A DNA stretch of 64,000 nucleotides, taken from positions 167,065 through 231,064 of IMG/VR virus record IMGVR_UViG_3300028591_000079. One strand, written 5' to 3'. Source of the DNA: a virus. Taxonomy: Duplodnaviria; Caudoviricetes. Made by a program: the position numbers and the translations under genes. Below are positions 1 to 9,812 of this stretch, piece by piece. Under the pieces are notes generated by a model that had not been told where the DNA came from, did not search any database, and saw nothing but the letters and a program-made list of their open reading frames with translations. Each line of letters begins with the position of its first letter. Position 1 is the first letter of the stretch.

Positions 1-546
1 AATTGGGTAAAAACATCATTTGCAAAATCTATGAAAGATGCTGTTGCTGGAATGTATGGACTACCCAGAGAAATGTTAGAAGGAGACACAAAAGAATCTA
101 GAGAATGGAGAGAACAACCGGTAGAATTTTGGGGAGAAAAACTTGGAATTGAAAATCTTACACCTAGACAGATTTTGCAATTTTTTGGTACAGGGTTGGT
201 TCGCACACATGTTAATCCTGATTTTTGGGTGTACAGAACAGAATTTGAATTAGATAAACTAACGAGTGGTGGTGGGAATGCTTTAGTTACTGATGTTAGA
301 TTTCCCAATGAAGCAGAAATGATCAAATCAAAAGGTGGACAGATTTGGCATGTTTTTTGTGGCGATGTCCCTGAATGGTTTACAAATTATAGAGACAAAA
401 GAATTATTCCAGATGGCGTACATGAGTCTGAATATAGATGGGCAGAAACAACACCAGATGCAATAATTCACCCACAACGCAAGGGATTAGAATTGTTAGA
501 AAAATTAGTCGAAACAACATATAAACACAAAATAGAAGAACAATAA
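1..546 (+). CDS. Deoxynucleoside monophosphate kinase (T4 gp1-like), 5'-truncated by the window edge
   Basis: Motifs SFA..MKDAV..MYG, TPRQILQFFGT, PDFWV and VTDVRFPNEA; the frame is open from base 1 and the P-loop lies outside the window. Confidence 0.85.
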   Translation, partial: NWVKTSFAKSMKDAVAGMYGLPREMLEGDTKESREWREQPVEFWGEKLGIENLTPRQILQFFGTGLVRTHVNPDFWVYRTEFELDKLTSGGGNALVTDVRFPNEAEMIKSKGGQIWHVFCGDVPEWFTNYRDKRIIPDGVHESEYRWAETTPDAIIHPQRKGLELLEKLVETTYKHKIEEQ

Positions 547-560
547 TAAAGAGAAGTGGG

Positions 561-1484
561 ATGAAAAAAACACAAACAGTAGCATATTTGATTGATTTCA
601 TAAATTCCAATGGACAAAACATAGAATCACTAAAGCTCGCATGTGGTACAAATACAAATCTAAAAATCTATTTATGTTTGGACGAAGAAGATCTGATTTC
701 GTATGCAAAAAAATTCAAAAAACACAAAACACCAGCGGATTTATTAGATGTTATGATAAAAAAACAACCATCAATAAATATATCAGTTGAAGTTTATGAT
801 CGTGTTGTAGAATCTGTTAGAAATGATATGGAACAGTATTTAAAATATAATGGATTCAAAATGGCAAACGCATGGGAAGATCAGGACGGGTGGGTTTCTC
901 ATTTTTTAGTTAAGTATTATTATTTTTCGAACTTTTATAGAGATAGATGGTTTTTCCCAGAGAATCTAAAAAAAGCAACAAAAGTAAAAAAGACCTATAA
1001 AAAATATTCGGACTTTTTAAATTTAGCAAGAAAAAGCATCACAGAAGAAAGAAAAGTTCAAGCAAGAAAATGCGCAGAAAATCCAGAAGCAACACTAAGG
1101 AAAAGTTCTGTTGACACTCCAATGTTCCAAAACAATCAACGAATTACAATGTTGGATATTACTTCTAGACAAGATGTTAGCGAAGACCAGATGTTTGATT
1201 CCTACCACGAGGCATTGTCTATAAAAAGAAAAATAATGGAATATGCAGAGAATTTTGAAGATGGTAAATATGCAAAAAAAATACAAACAATGCTAGAAAC
1301 TGGAGAATGCAAGGGTAAAAAAATAGAATTGGTACTATTGAAAATCTTTGCTTATAAATCTGGAATAGTAACAGCAAAATCAATAAAATTCATAAATTCA
1401 CTGTCAAGAACATATAAAGAAAAATTTGGAATTAGTTCTGCATTACTTAATAAACAAATGAGAGAACTTGGAATAAAAAAATAA
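561..1484 (+). CDS. Hypothetical protein, possibly a divergent sigma-factor-like protein
   Basis: 307-aa ORF; FLNLARKSITEERK and SSVDTPM...ITMLDI loosely resemble sigma70 regions 2.3-2.4 and 3.2. Confidence 0.3.
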   Translation: MKKTQTVAYLIDFINSNGQNIESLKLACGTNTNLKIYLCLDEEDLISYAKKFKKHKTPADLLDVMIKKQPSINISVEVYDRVVESVRNDMEQYLKYNGFKMANAWEDQDGWVSHFLVKYYYFSNFYRDRWFFPENLKKATKVKKTYKKYSDFLNLARKSITEERKVQARKCAENPEATLRKSSVDTPMFQNNQRITMLDITSRQDVSEDQMFDSYHEALSIKRKIMEYAENFEDGKYAKKIQTMLETGECKGKKIELVLLKIFAYKSGIVTAKSIKFINSLSRTYKEKFGISSALLNKQMRELGIKK

Positions 1485-1500
1485 AAAAAAGTTCTATATA

Positions 1501-1586
1501 ATGGGCACTGTGATTTTATTTTCATAGTCGAGCCCATATCCCGGTAGTATCCAGTTTTCCTCCTTTCCCTGGATACTACCATTTTT
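1501..1586 (+). ncRNA. Candidate two-hairpin small RNA / bidirectional terminator with an anti-SD-like loop
   Basis: GTTCTA motif at 1491; stem 1501-1537; perfect 12-bp stem 1543-1554/1569-1580 with loop TTTTCCTCCTTTCC, then a T run. Confidence 0.45.
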
Positions 1587-2172
1587 ATAAACTTTTCATT
1601 TTTGCCACTTCAAATAAATCTTTGGCCCACTGTGCTTTATCTCTAAGATAATGATTGTATAAAGTTTTTTCATTGCTAATCATTACGCAATCAATTTTAT
1701 TATCCAAACACTCTTCAACGGTTACAGGGCCATCATCTATAACTAAATCAATTTTATTGTCTTTGAAGGCTTTTACTTTACTATGAGAATCAGTTACTAT
1801 AATGTTTTCAATGGGGATTAATATATTATTTGTTTTGAGTTGATTATATGTTTGATATTTTGCCCAACTAATCTTGTTTCCCATATAATCAACATCTGGA
1901 TAAATACTTTGTCTAGATGTAACAATTTTTAGATTATATAACAGATCCCAATTTGCAATTAGTGACGGGTATTTATTGTTTATCAGTGGAGTTGAATATC
2001 CTGGTAAAGTTCTAAATCCCATAATGATTTTTTCTCCAATATCTTTAGGATAACACTCATAAACAGCCCAGGATACTGGAGGATAATAATCTTTTTTATC
2101 ATTGAAGCCCATCTTATAGACAGGCTCCAAATCAAACACAGTATTATCTAAATCAAGTGCTATATTTTTCAT
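1585..2172 (-). CDS. HAD-superfamily 5'(3')-deoxyribonucleotidase (NT5C-like)
   Basis: IALDLDNTV (motif I), IVTSR, K, and LVIDDGP (motif IV); start moved to ATG 2172, which overlaps the upstream stop (ATGA). Confidence 0.75.
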   Translation of the reverse strand: MKNIALDLDNTVFDLEPVYKMGFNDKKDYYPPVSWAVYECYPKDIGEKIIMGFRTLPGYSTPLINNKYPSLIANWDLLYNLKIVTSRQSIYPDVDYMGNKISWAKYQTYNQLKTNNILIPIENIIVTDSHSKVKAFKDNKIDLVIDDGPVTVEECLDNKIDCVMISNEKTLYNHYLRDKAQWAKDLFEVAKMKSL

Positions 2173-2399
2173 TGCACGATCTCTAAAGCTGATGTTGTTG
2201 CTGCATACACATCTTTTCCACAAGCTACAGTAAATGTTTCAGATTTGCGCTTTGTTGTAGATAACATTTCAATTTTTGCTGACACTTGTTCATTCATTGC
2301 TCGTGTTAACACATGGGAATTTGTAGAAACACTTACATCATTCCAAGTACCGCCAGAGAACACAGAAATAATTGTTAATGTTGTTGCTATACAAGACAT
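2169..2399 (-). CDS. Hypothetical protein
   Basis: ORF in a tightly packed minus-strand operon, GGAG SD upstream. Confidence 0.55.
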   Translation of the reverse strand: MSCIATTLTIISVFSGGTWNDVSVSTNSHVLTRAMNEQVSAKIEMLSTTKRKSETFTVACGKDVYAATTSALEIVQ

Positions 2400-2400
2400 A

Positions 2401-2643
2401 TTACTCTCCTTTTGTTGTTTTTTCTTGTTTTTTGTATAGATTTTTCATGTGAGTATATAACAGTCTTCTGCCAATGATTCTGCCAAGATACAATCCACAA
2501 AACACATCCATACAAAACTCTAAAAGTGCCTGAATAAAAATATAATTTCCATCAAACACAATATTCAAAATAGCATGTGTAATTACAACAAATGCAATTA
2601 TAAACACTATGCTGAAAAAATACAACATAATCACTGGCATCAA
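2401..2643 (-). CDS. Small membrane protein
   Basis: Two hydrophobic segments and a basic C-terminus. Confidence 0.55.
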   Translation of the reverse strand: MMPVIMLYFFSIVFIIAFVVITHAILNIVFDGNYIFIQALLEFCMDVFCGLYLGRIIGRRLLYTHMKNLYKKQEKTTKGE

Positions 2644-2918
2644 TAATCACCACCATATAAATAAACACTATTTAAAGATTGTTGCCGTAACGGATTATAG
2701 TTGCATTCTACATGAGTTGTGTTTTGATATGTAACATATGTATCATATCTACCAGCAATTGGGTCCCAAGATTTATACGACTGAGGATAATCTCTAACCG
2801 TATAACATTCCGGGACCTTATAATATGTTGGACTACCATATCCAAATGGACGACTAATTTCTGGATTCGAACAAGCTGTTAAAATAAATATTGAAAATAA
2901 ACATAAAAATTTCTTCAT
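2640..2918 (-). CDS. Putative lipoprotein
   Basis: MKKFLCLFSIFILTAC signal/lipobox with AAGGAG SD; start moved to 2918. Confidence 0.65.
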   Translation of the reverse strand: MKKFLCLFSIFILTACSNPEISRPFGYGSPTYYKVPECYTVRDYPQSYKSWDPIAGRYDTYVTYQNTTHVECNYNPLRQQSLNSVYLYGGDY

Positions 2919-2928
2919 AATTTTCTCC

Positions 2929-3222
2929 TTAAATGTTTCTAATTGATTCTCGTATTGCAACCAAATCTTCATACATTCTTGTTTCAATATTATCCCTGTT
3001 GTCACTAGAGTTATCACGCAAAATTCTTACATTGTTATATTTATCAATAATAGAGTCAACATAATTGCCTAGGCTTTTTATATCTTCTTTTATTGAAGAA
3101 TCCGACTTTTGTATATTAAGCTGTTCCAAAAACCATTCTTTGTTGTTTTCTACATAATTCAAAACATCGTCTGCATCAATAGTAACATCTGCTTTGATTT
3201 CTAGCCCCCACGGATATTTCAT
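2929..3222 (-). CDS. Hypothetical protein
   Basis: 97-aa ORF with AAGGAG SD. Confidence 0.6.
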   Translation of the reverse strand: MKYPWGLEIKADVTIDADDVLNYVENNKEWFLEQLNIQKSDSSIKEDIKSLGNYVDSIIDKYNNVRILRDNSSDNRDNIETRMYEDLVAIRESIRNI

Positions 3223-3242
3223 CTTTTTCTCCTTGCGTTTTA

Positions 3243-3674
3243 TTATATCATTGTTGACATAAATTTATCTGTTCCACCACATAATTCAACAGCAGCATCA
3301 AAATTTTCATTTTCAAACACAATCATGTTATGCTCTGTATCAATTGTTTTTGGCGAGTCATTATTATCACTTTTACAAATATAAAAGATAATTCCAGGAT
3401 ATTGCTCTTTAATTTTTTGAATAATATTTTTTCTACCGTCATCTTTCAAATATTTTTCATCTACTTTATAAAATTTATATTTCATATTGATAGAATCAGA
3501 AATAACGACAGCAATTTGGGCACCATTTAAGGTTAATTCCGCATCTGTTTCAATATTTGGCGAAACAAAACTTTTATTTAAAAAGTTTTTACGGTTTGCT
3601 ATTTTCATTTTTTCTAATTCATCTGTTATTTTTTGTATAAAAGTTTCTTTATTCATTTTTAACTCCTTTTCCAA
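3243..3674 (-). CDS. Hypothetical protein (probable paralogue of 4288..4701)
   Basis: C-terminal IVFENENFDAAVELCGGTDKFM resembles VVFDPNVITTIELLGGIEPFL. Confidence 0.55.
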   Translation of the reverse strand: MEKELKMNKETFIQKITDELEKMKIANRKNFLNKSFVSPNIETDAELTLNGAQIAVVISDSINMKYKFYKVDEKYLKDDGRKNIIQKIKEQYPGIIFYICKSDNNDSPKTIDTEHNMIVFENENFDAAVELCGGTDKFMSTMI

Positions 3675-3809
3675 TAGACATTGATGATATTATCTCCTTT
3701 GTCTGTTTCTATTTTATAACATTTTAATTTGTTTTGCAATACATTTTTGATTATAAAACTGTCAGGCATATAATCAAAAATAGGGTATTCATATTCTCCA
3801 ACAAGTTTA

Positions 3810-4286
3810 TTATTTACAAGAAACATTTTTATCTCCACTTTGATTATTGCAAAACCATCCAGATAAAAGATAAGTATATCTATCGTTTTTTGCTTGTTTA
3901 TCGTTAAATATAAATTTTTTATATGCATCAATATATTGTTTTTGTTTTATATCCTCTTTTGTGTCAAAATATACAAAATTTTTACCATTAGAGAACATTG
4001 TTATGTGATCTTTTACATCTGTGAAATTATAAAACACATTCAGAGTATGATCATAAATACCACATAAAAAACAAGCATCTTTATTTGTGATCTTTGGAAT
4101 TGCACATCCTAATTGCTCATCCAAAACTTCAACAACTGCCGGGGATAAATACCATTTTTCATCTGTATCAATAGAAATATCAAAAATATGACAAAAAACT
4201 TTGCTAGAACCGTCTGTCATATCAAACTTGTCCATAAATTCTGTTATTGTTTCCATTTTAAAAAACAAAGTCAAATCGTGTTTCAT
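3810..4286 (-). CDS. Hypothetical protein
   Basis: 158-aa ORF with GAGG SD, in operon. Confidence 0.55.
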   Translation of the reverse strand: MKHDLTLFFKMETITEFMDKFDMTDGSSKVFCHIFDISIDTDEKWYLSPAVVEVLDEQLGCAIPKITNKDACFLCGIYDHTLNVFYNFTDVKDHITMFSNGKNFVYFDTKEDIKQKQYIDAYKKFIFNDKQAKNDRYTYLLSGWFCNNQSGDKNVSCK

Positions 4287-4287
4287 A

Positions 4288-4701
4288 TTAATCCTCTAAA
4301 GTATCCAAAAAAGGTTCTATTCCACCAAGTAATTCAATTGTTGTTATCACATTTGGATCAAAAACAACAAAATTACATTGTTCGTCACAGTTTTCTTTAC
4401 CAATATACATAACGGTATCATATTCTTTTGTCAATTTTTCTCTTATCTTTTCTATGTTTCTATTTTTCCAATCAATAAACCCCTTATAACAGATCGGAGA
4501 TTCAAATTCTTTATGCTTTTTTCCATATTGCTCAAAAAATATCAAAGCAACTCTGTATCCGGTCCTTGTAAACATTCTATTTTGATATTTTTCAGATGTT
4601 TGATCCATAAGAGTTGACTTAAAATTGTTTACATAAGGCTTTGTTGTCTCGTCTTCCGATAAAAAATCTTCAAAAGCTGTAAAAAATTCATTGGTTGTCA
4701 T
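4288..4701 (-). CDS. Hypothetical protein
   Basis: 137-aa ORF with AAGGA SD. Confidence 0.6.
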   Translation of the reverse strand: MTTNEFFTAFEDFLSEDETTKPYVNNFKSTLMDQTSEKYQNRMFTRTGYRVALIFFEQYGKKHKEFESPICYKGFIDWKNRNIEKIREKLTKEYDTVMYIGKENCDEQCNFVVFDPNVITTIELLGGIEPFLDTLED

Positions 4702-4710
4702 ATTTTATCC

Positions 4711-4965
4711 TTATTCGATTACTTCTTTATAGTCTTTTTCTCTTATTAACCACACATTTCTTCTTCTGTTATTCATATCATACATTCTATATCTCCAAAA
4801 AACTCTATTACTCAAAACCAAGGCAAGAAAAACACGAGTATCTACATCTACAGTTTTTCTTTCTACAACCTTTTTAGTGCCAAATTTTATTTCTGCATTG
4901 TTTATTTCATAGAGTTTTTGGTTTTCTGGCACATCATTGCTAAAAATCACAAAACTAACCTTCAC
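4711..4965 (-). CDS. Hypothetical protein
   Basis: 84-aa ORF overlapping the clpP stop. Confidence 0.5.
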   Translation of the reverse strand: MKVSFVIFSNDVPENQKLYEINNAEIKFGTKKVVERKTVDVDTRVFLALVLSNRVFWRYRMYDMNNRRRNVWLIREKDYKEVIE

Positions 4966-5551
4966 GACTTACCTTTATACCATCAATTAGGCCTTTTTTA
5001 CCGTATTTTTTAGCGTCTTCTGCCTTCAAATAACAATCTCTTTCAATATCTTGTGCGATTTTGGACTTTTTTTCACCACTGACCTCAGAATAAAAATCTA
5101 CTAGCCAATCTTTCATGTCTTGAATGTTTTTTGCTTGAATTTGAATGTCGGTAGCTTGTCCCTTTGCGCCACCCAATGGCTGATGTATCATAATTTCAGT
5201 ATCTTTCAGTGCAAATCTCTTACCTTTAGCACCACCAGCCAACAAAACAGATGCCCCAGATGCACACATACCCATACCCAAAGTAGAAACATCACAAGAA
5301 ACATAATTCATAGCATTCAAAATAGCACGAGTAGCAGTAACAGAACCGCCTGGAGAATTGATCCACATTTGAATGTCTTTATTTTTATCTTCTGATTCTA
5401 AAAACAACAATTGTGCCACTACACTGTTTGCTAATTCGTCTGTGATTTCTTCACCAACAAAGATAATGCGATCAGACAACAACCGAGAATAGATATCACA
5501 TGCACGTTCACCATCCTTAGTTTTAGAAATAACCATTGGTATCAAAGCCAT
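4955..5551 (-). CDS. clpP: ATP-dependent Clp protease proteolytic subunit
   Basis: [45 protein letters not shown] (Ser), IMIHQPLGG (His), ERD (Asp). Confidence 0.95.
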   Translation of the reverse strand: MALIPMVISKTKDGERACDIYSRLLSDRIIFVGEEITDELANSVVAQLLFLESEDKNKDIQMWINSPGGSVTATRAILNAMNYVSCDVSTLGMGMCASGASVLLAGGAKGKRFALKDTEIMIHQPLGGAKGQATDIQIQAKNIQDMKDWLVDFYSEVSGEKKSKIAQDIERDCYLKAEDAKKYGKKGLIDGIKVSREG

Positions 5552-5577
5552 TTATAACTCCTTTTGTTTACAACTCC

Positions 5578-5605
5578 ATTATAACATATTTAATTCTATT
5601 GTAAA
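5578..5605 (-). promoter_or_regulatory. Sigma70-like promoter with ATTAAA spacer box (clpP operon)
   Basis: TTTACA-N5-ATTAAA-N5-TATAAT on the minus strand. Confidence 0.6.
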
Positions 5606-5667
5606 TAAAAAACCCCAAGAATAATTTCGAGGGGTTACAACATGGATGATTATTATCCATCCGCATT

Positions 5668-5925
5668 CTAATTGTGTTTTATTGTTTTGTCAAGCATTTC
5701 ATTTGTTGTGTTATTTTGAGCTTTTTCTTTTTGATCAACTTCTTGCAAACATACTATAATTTGAGAAAAAGTCTTGGTTCCATCATAGCATTGAGAAGTT
5801 GGATAATTAGTTTGTCTATAATCATTTACAACTACATAACTATCTTTACTACCAAAACAACCAGTCAACATCAATATAAAAAACAATAAAATCAACACAA
5901 CAACAATTCTACCAAGCGTTTTCAT
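5668..5925 (-). CDS. Lipoprotein, putative o-spanin
   Basis: Signal peptide with LTGC lipobox and two further Cys; immediately downstream of an i-spanin-like ORF. Confidence 0.55.
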   Translation of the reverse strand: MKTLGRIVVVLILLFFILMLTGCFGSKDSYVVVNDYRQTNYPTSQCYDGTKTFSQIIVCLQEVDQKEKAQNNTTNEMLDKTIKHN

Positions 5926-5926
5926 A

Positions 5927-6238
5927 TTATTCTCCTTTTAGATATTTTAGCAATTCTTCTGATGGTTTTGAGTCTCCACATGAATCTTTTGGTATGTTTT
6001 GGAATCTTTCTTTATATTCTTTTTCGATTTTTTCCATTTCTTGAGCTATTTTTTTATTATATTCTTTTAGATTGTTTACTTCTAATTGCGATGCTTTTAA
6101 TTGTACTTCTAATGATTCTCTGGTTTGTTTTTCCATTTTATAGCTATTTACAGAAGTTCTCCACAACACAAAGAGACCAGAAAAGGCAATGGCAATAATA
6201 GCATACAAGATAATTTTAGTTTTTGATAATCCTAACAT
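5927..6238 (-). CDS. Putative i-spanin (Rz-like)
   Basis: N-terminal TM helix, long coiled coil, C-terminal C-G-D-x-K-P-S-E-E-L-L; start moved to 6238. Confidence 0.55.
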   Translation of the reverse strand: MLGLSKTKIILYAIIAIAFSGLFVLWRTSVNSYKMEKQTRESLEVQLKASQLEVNNLKEYNKKIAQEMEKIEKEYKERFQNIPKDSCGDSKPSEELLKYLKGE

Positions 6239-6551
6239 TTTTATACCTCTCAAAATTTTTCCAATATAATTGTTTACCACATTTTTGTACAGTACTTATA
6301 TTATAGAACCAGCAATCATCAAAATTACATACAATTATTTCTTTTGAACAATTACCTTCCCATGTGCCATCTTTATTATATCCACCGGTCCACCATCCGA
6401 AAGTTTTATATTCTTCACATACCCACTTGATTTGGGCTGGTTTTATTTTGAATCCTGTTTTTCCTATTTTGGCCTCTTTTTCTGTGCAAGGTTTTTTATA
6501 TATCCCAGGTTCTCTTATATACACCCAAGTTTTTTTATTTGTGTTTTCCAT
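6216..6551 (-). CDS. Hypothetical protein
   Basis: 111-aa Trp/Cys-rich ORF in operon. Confidence 0.5.
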   Translation of the reverse strand: MENTNKKTWVYIREPGIYKKPCTEKEAKIGKTGFKIKPAQIKWVCEEYKTFGWWTGGYNKDGTWEGNCSKEIIVCNFDDCWFYNISTVQKCGKQLYWKNFERYKNVRIIKN

Positions 6552-7107
6552 AATATAATTCTCTAAAATGTTTTCTGCAGACAGATTTATAGATTGTATC
6601 CCCTAATTGTACTCCTGATCCACCTTTTACAACATTACCTTTGGAATCAAATAATAAATGATGATCCGCTAGTTTCATACACCCTTCTATTTGACAATTT
6701 GATTTTAGTTGATGTAATTTTGCTCCAACTTCAATTAATCTTTTAGAAGTTGGAAACATATGCTCATTATAATCCACCAAAAGACCGTAACACATTACTA
6801 TTTTATTTTCTTTATCTGCCATTTCCACCAATTTGTCTATATCTTCCGGGGTAAAAAATTGAACCTCATCTACTAATATTACTTTTGTTTCTTTTTTGGG
6901 ATGATAATTTTGCAAATCTTTTAGTGACAATGCTGGAGTTTCAATACCAATACGAGACTTTATAATAACATCTCCAAATCTATTATCAAATGATGGCTTT
7001 ATACACTCCACCTTGACACCATTCTTTTTCCAATTATAAGCTTGCATAATAAGCTCTGCAGATTTTGAAGTTCCCATGGTACCATAAGTAAAATGCAAAT
7101 TAGCCAT
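6535..7107 (-). CDS. tdk: Thymidine kinase
   Basis: LHFTYGTMGTSKS, SRIG, ILVDEVQF, VMCYGL, Y.SVCRKH. Confidence 0.95.
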   Translation of the reverse strand: MANLHFTYGTMGTSKSAELIMQAYNWKKNGVKVECIKPSFDNRFGDVIIKSRIGIETPALSLKDLQNYHPKKETKVILVDEVQFFTPEDIDKLVEMADKENKIVMCYGLLVDYNEHMFPTSKRLIEVGAKLHQLKSNCQIEGCMKLADHHLLFDSKGNVVKGGSGVQLGDTIYKSVCRKHFRELYYGKHK

Positions 7108-7195
7108 CTTTTTTCCTTATTCGTTGCTCATATTATCAAAATAACCTTAAACCATAAGCTGCTGTTCCGATAGCTCTCGTCATTGTTTTTACTCC

Positions 7196-8323
7196 TTATT
7201 TGATTCTATTGACTCTATAAAACATACCTTGGCGACTAAAAGTTTTTATGTTTTTAGCACCAATGTAACTACCACAACTACGTAAAGACCCACATATATC
7301 ATTTATAGTGGTTTGTATTGGCCCAGTATATGGAACCAACTTACACTCAACGCCTTCACTTGTACCAGTTGATGTTACTTTACCATAATTTTCTCTTTGA
7401 GCTCTAAATGAACTCATTCCATAATATTCTTTGAAAAATTTGTATGTGATTTTATTTTTCAATGTATCTGGATCAACTTCTTCTGTTTTATACCATTTCT
7501 GGATCTTTTCCCCGTTAGATTCTTCACATCCAGCAAACATTGAACCACTCATGCACATATCAGCTCCAGCAACCAAAGCCTTACAAAAATCAGCATTAGT
7601 TTTGAAACCACCATCGGCAATAATATAACCACCTACTTGATGAGCCGCATTTGCGCATTCGATAATAGCTGACAACTGAGGTCTTCCACATCCAGTTTTG
7701 ATTCTAGTATCGCAAACGGGAGAAGGACCAATACCAACTTTTACGAAATCTGCACCAGCCAATATTAACTTTTGAACTTCATCACCAGAACAAACATTGC
7801 CCACAGCGATCAACCCACCATGAAAGTTTTGTTTGTTCATAAATTCACGCAACTGTTTTACACAATCTACAATTTCAGGAATATAAGCATTTGGAACATC
7901 TAACAATACACTTACCAATGCACCAGTTTCTTTATATACAATTTCTACTTTCTTAAATTCTTCTTCCCAATTGCGTTTTCCTACGGTTATAAACAAATTT
8001 CTTTCATTACCATAATATTCGCCACAACCATCAATACCACCATAAATAATATCTTTCTCTTTTTGCTCTTTTATAAATTCAATGATCTGATCTGCTTTAT
8101 AAAATTTATGTAGTGTAGCAAAGAATTCATTTTCCAATAACTTACTAGCAACAGCAAAAGTACCAGTTTGAGTCATGTTAGCTGAAATAATAGGAACACC
8201 ACAAACTCCTAAATGTTTATACTCTCTTACGATCTCTACATCCCCTCTGTGATTAATTGTGGTAGTCTGTGGAGCAATTAGAACATCATCAAAATCTAAT
8301 TGAACATCGTTGTGTATTATCAT
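7196..8323 (-). CDS. guaC: GMP reductase
   Basis: LDFDDVLI.P, PIISANM, VKVGIGPS.VC.TR.KTG.GRPQLSA, IIADGG, YYGMSS, SEG; no CBS domains. Confidence 0.9.
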   Translation of the reverse strand: MIIHNDVQLDFDDVLIAPQTTTINHRGDVEIVREYKHLGVCGVPIISANMTQTGTFAVASKLLENEFFATLHKFYKADQIIEFIKEQKEKDIIYGGIDGCGEYYGNERNLFITVGKRNWEEEFKKVEIVYKETGALVSVLLDVPNAYIPEIVDCVKQLREFMNKQNFHGGLIAVGNVCSGDEVQKLILAGADFVKVGIGPSPVCDTRIKTGCGRPQLSAIIECANAAHQVGGYIIADGGFKTNADFCKALVAGADMCMSGSMFAGCEESNGEKIQKWYKTEEVDPDTLKNKITYKFFKEYYGMSSFRAQRENYGKVTSTGTSEGVECKLVPYTGPIQTTINDICGSLRSCGSYIGAKNIKTFSRQGMFYRVNRIK

Positions 8324-8334
8324 TTTATTTTCCT

Positions 8335-8916
8335 TTAGATAGATGCAGCCAATAATTTCATATAAGCCTCATCACGTTCTTTTCTTTCTTTTACAACTTT
8401 TTCTTTTAGACCCCAACTTTCAATACGTCCCACAATCTTCTCCCAATCTTGATAATTATACCCACTACGGTTGTCGGCTGGATAACAATGTCCACGATGC
8501 TCTTTTTCATACTCGGTTAAGAATTCATCATCTAATATAATGTAATCTTCAACAGGGTGTTTTTCTAACATTTCTTTTATAATTCTCAACCTTAGCCATG
8601 GTTCCCTTTCTGTAAATCTACCGACTGGAGTATCTTTATATAAATCCAAATCTAACTTTTTGATATTAGCCCATTCTTTCACTTTGGCAATACTTTCTTC
8701 TTTATTGAATTGAAACTTCCAAGATGAAATTGAAATAAAATGAACAACAACATCATCTGCAAGGTTTCTACAAGCACGATCAAGATAATTCAATTCATAC
8801 AGATTTAAATCACGAAGCTCACCCATCTCTTGACCAATTTTAGTATCATTTCGCCAAGTAGTAACATGAGCGAGTGGTCCGTCAAAATCTGCAAATATAA
8901 AAAACTCTTTTGCCAT
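8335..8916 (-). CDS. HAD-family (Swiss-army-knife RNA repair-like) hydrolase
   Basis: FADFDGPL, ISISSWK, YIILDDE. Confidence 0.6.
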   Translation of the reverse strand: MAKEFFIFADFDGPLAHVTTWRNDTKIGQEMGELRDLNLYELNYLDRACRNLADDVVVHFISISSWKFQFNKEESIAKVKEWANIKKLDLDLYKDTPVGRFTEREPWLRLRIIKEMLEKHPVEDYIILDDEFLTEYEKEHRGHCYPADNRSGYNYQDWEKIVGRIESWGLKEKVVKERKERDEAYMKLLAASI

Positions 8917-9812
8917 TATTCTACCTCTACAATTAGTTTTGGATTCCATTGTGGTTCTGCATAAGTCTCATTACCAGTTACATACCCAAACGGATTCTGA
9001 TACACTGGAATTGAAACACCTTTGCCTTCTATTTTTCCTTGCCAACGATTATGCTGATGACCTTGAAGGATAAATGCTGTGTTTGGAATGTTTTCAATTA
9101 TCCATTTTCTCAAATCATTACAAAAATAAGAATTTAGTGGTGATCCTTTGAATTCTTCTGCAGTTGATTCAGGTGTTACGGGGAAATGCGTCATCAATAT
9201 AAATTTTCTACCTTTTTGCATGGCCCTAATATAAGCAATCTTGATGTCTGCCAAAGTATGTTCAAATTCTTTCCACATGTCATAAGGACTCATAATAACA
9301 CTTCGATATGTGCTTTCAGGAATAGTATAAGTAAACCTAAAATCACTTACACCATATTCAGCAGCCCTCATCGCCTCTTCCTGTTTATCTACACCATCTG
9401 ACATAAAATTAGTCCACAATGTAGCACCAAACACAATCGGAGCATGAATATCAAAATCATCTTCTGTTTTTTGGCAACTATAATCATCTCTATTGGCAAA
9501 CACTATCAAATTACCAGACCCCAAGCAATCATATTCACCTAAAACCTTTTTATATTCTTTATTTAAATCTTCATAACTAGCCTGAAAACCATACATAAAA
9601 TGATTTCCACCAATAATAATGGCTCTTTGGTTTGGAATATATTTATAACAGAATTCTTTTACTTCATTAGGACTAGAACCAACATCACCAGCAATAAGAT
9701 TTACACCATCAAAACCATCATTCAACTTAGAAAACATCTCATCAGTGTATTCTTCGTTGTAATGTTTGTTGTAATAATAATGATTATCACTAAAGAGTCT
9801 AAATTTAGTCAT
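8916..9812 (-). CDS. Calcineurin-like metallophosphoesterase
   Basis: SDNH, IAGDV, GNH, GATLWT, MTHF, GHQH. Confidence 0.85.
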   Translation of the reverse strand: MTKFRLFSDNHYYYNKHYNEEYTDEMFSKLNDGFDGVNLIAGDVGSSPNEVKEFCYKYIPNQRAIIIGGNHFMYGFQASYEDLNKEYKKVLGEYDCLGSGNLIVFANRDDYSCQKTEDDFDIHAPIVFGATLWTNFMSDGVDKQEEAMRAAEYGVSDFRFTYTIPESTYRSVIMSPYDMWKEFEHTLADIKIAYIRAMQKGRKFILMTHFPVTPESTAEEFKGSPLNSYFCNDLRKWIIENIPNTAFILQGHQHNRWQGKIEGKGVSIPVYQNPFGYVTGNETYAEPQWNPKLIVEVE

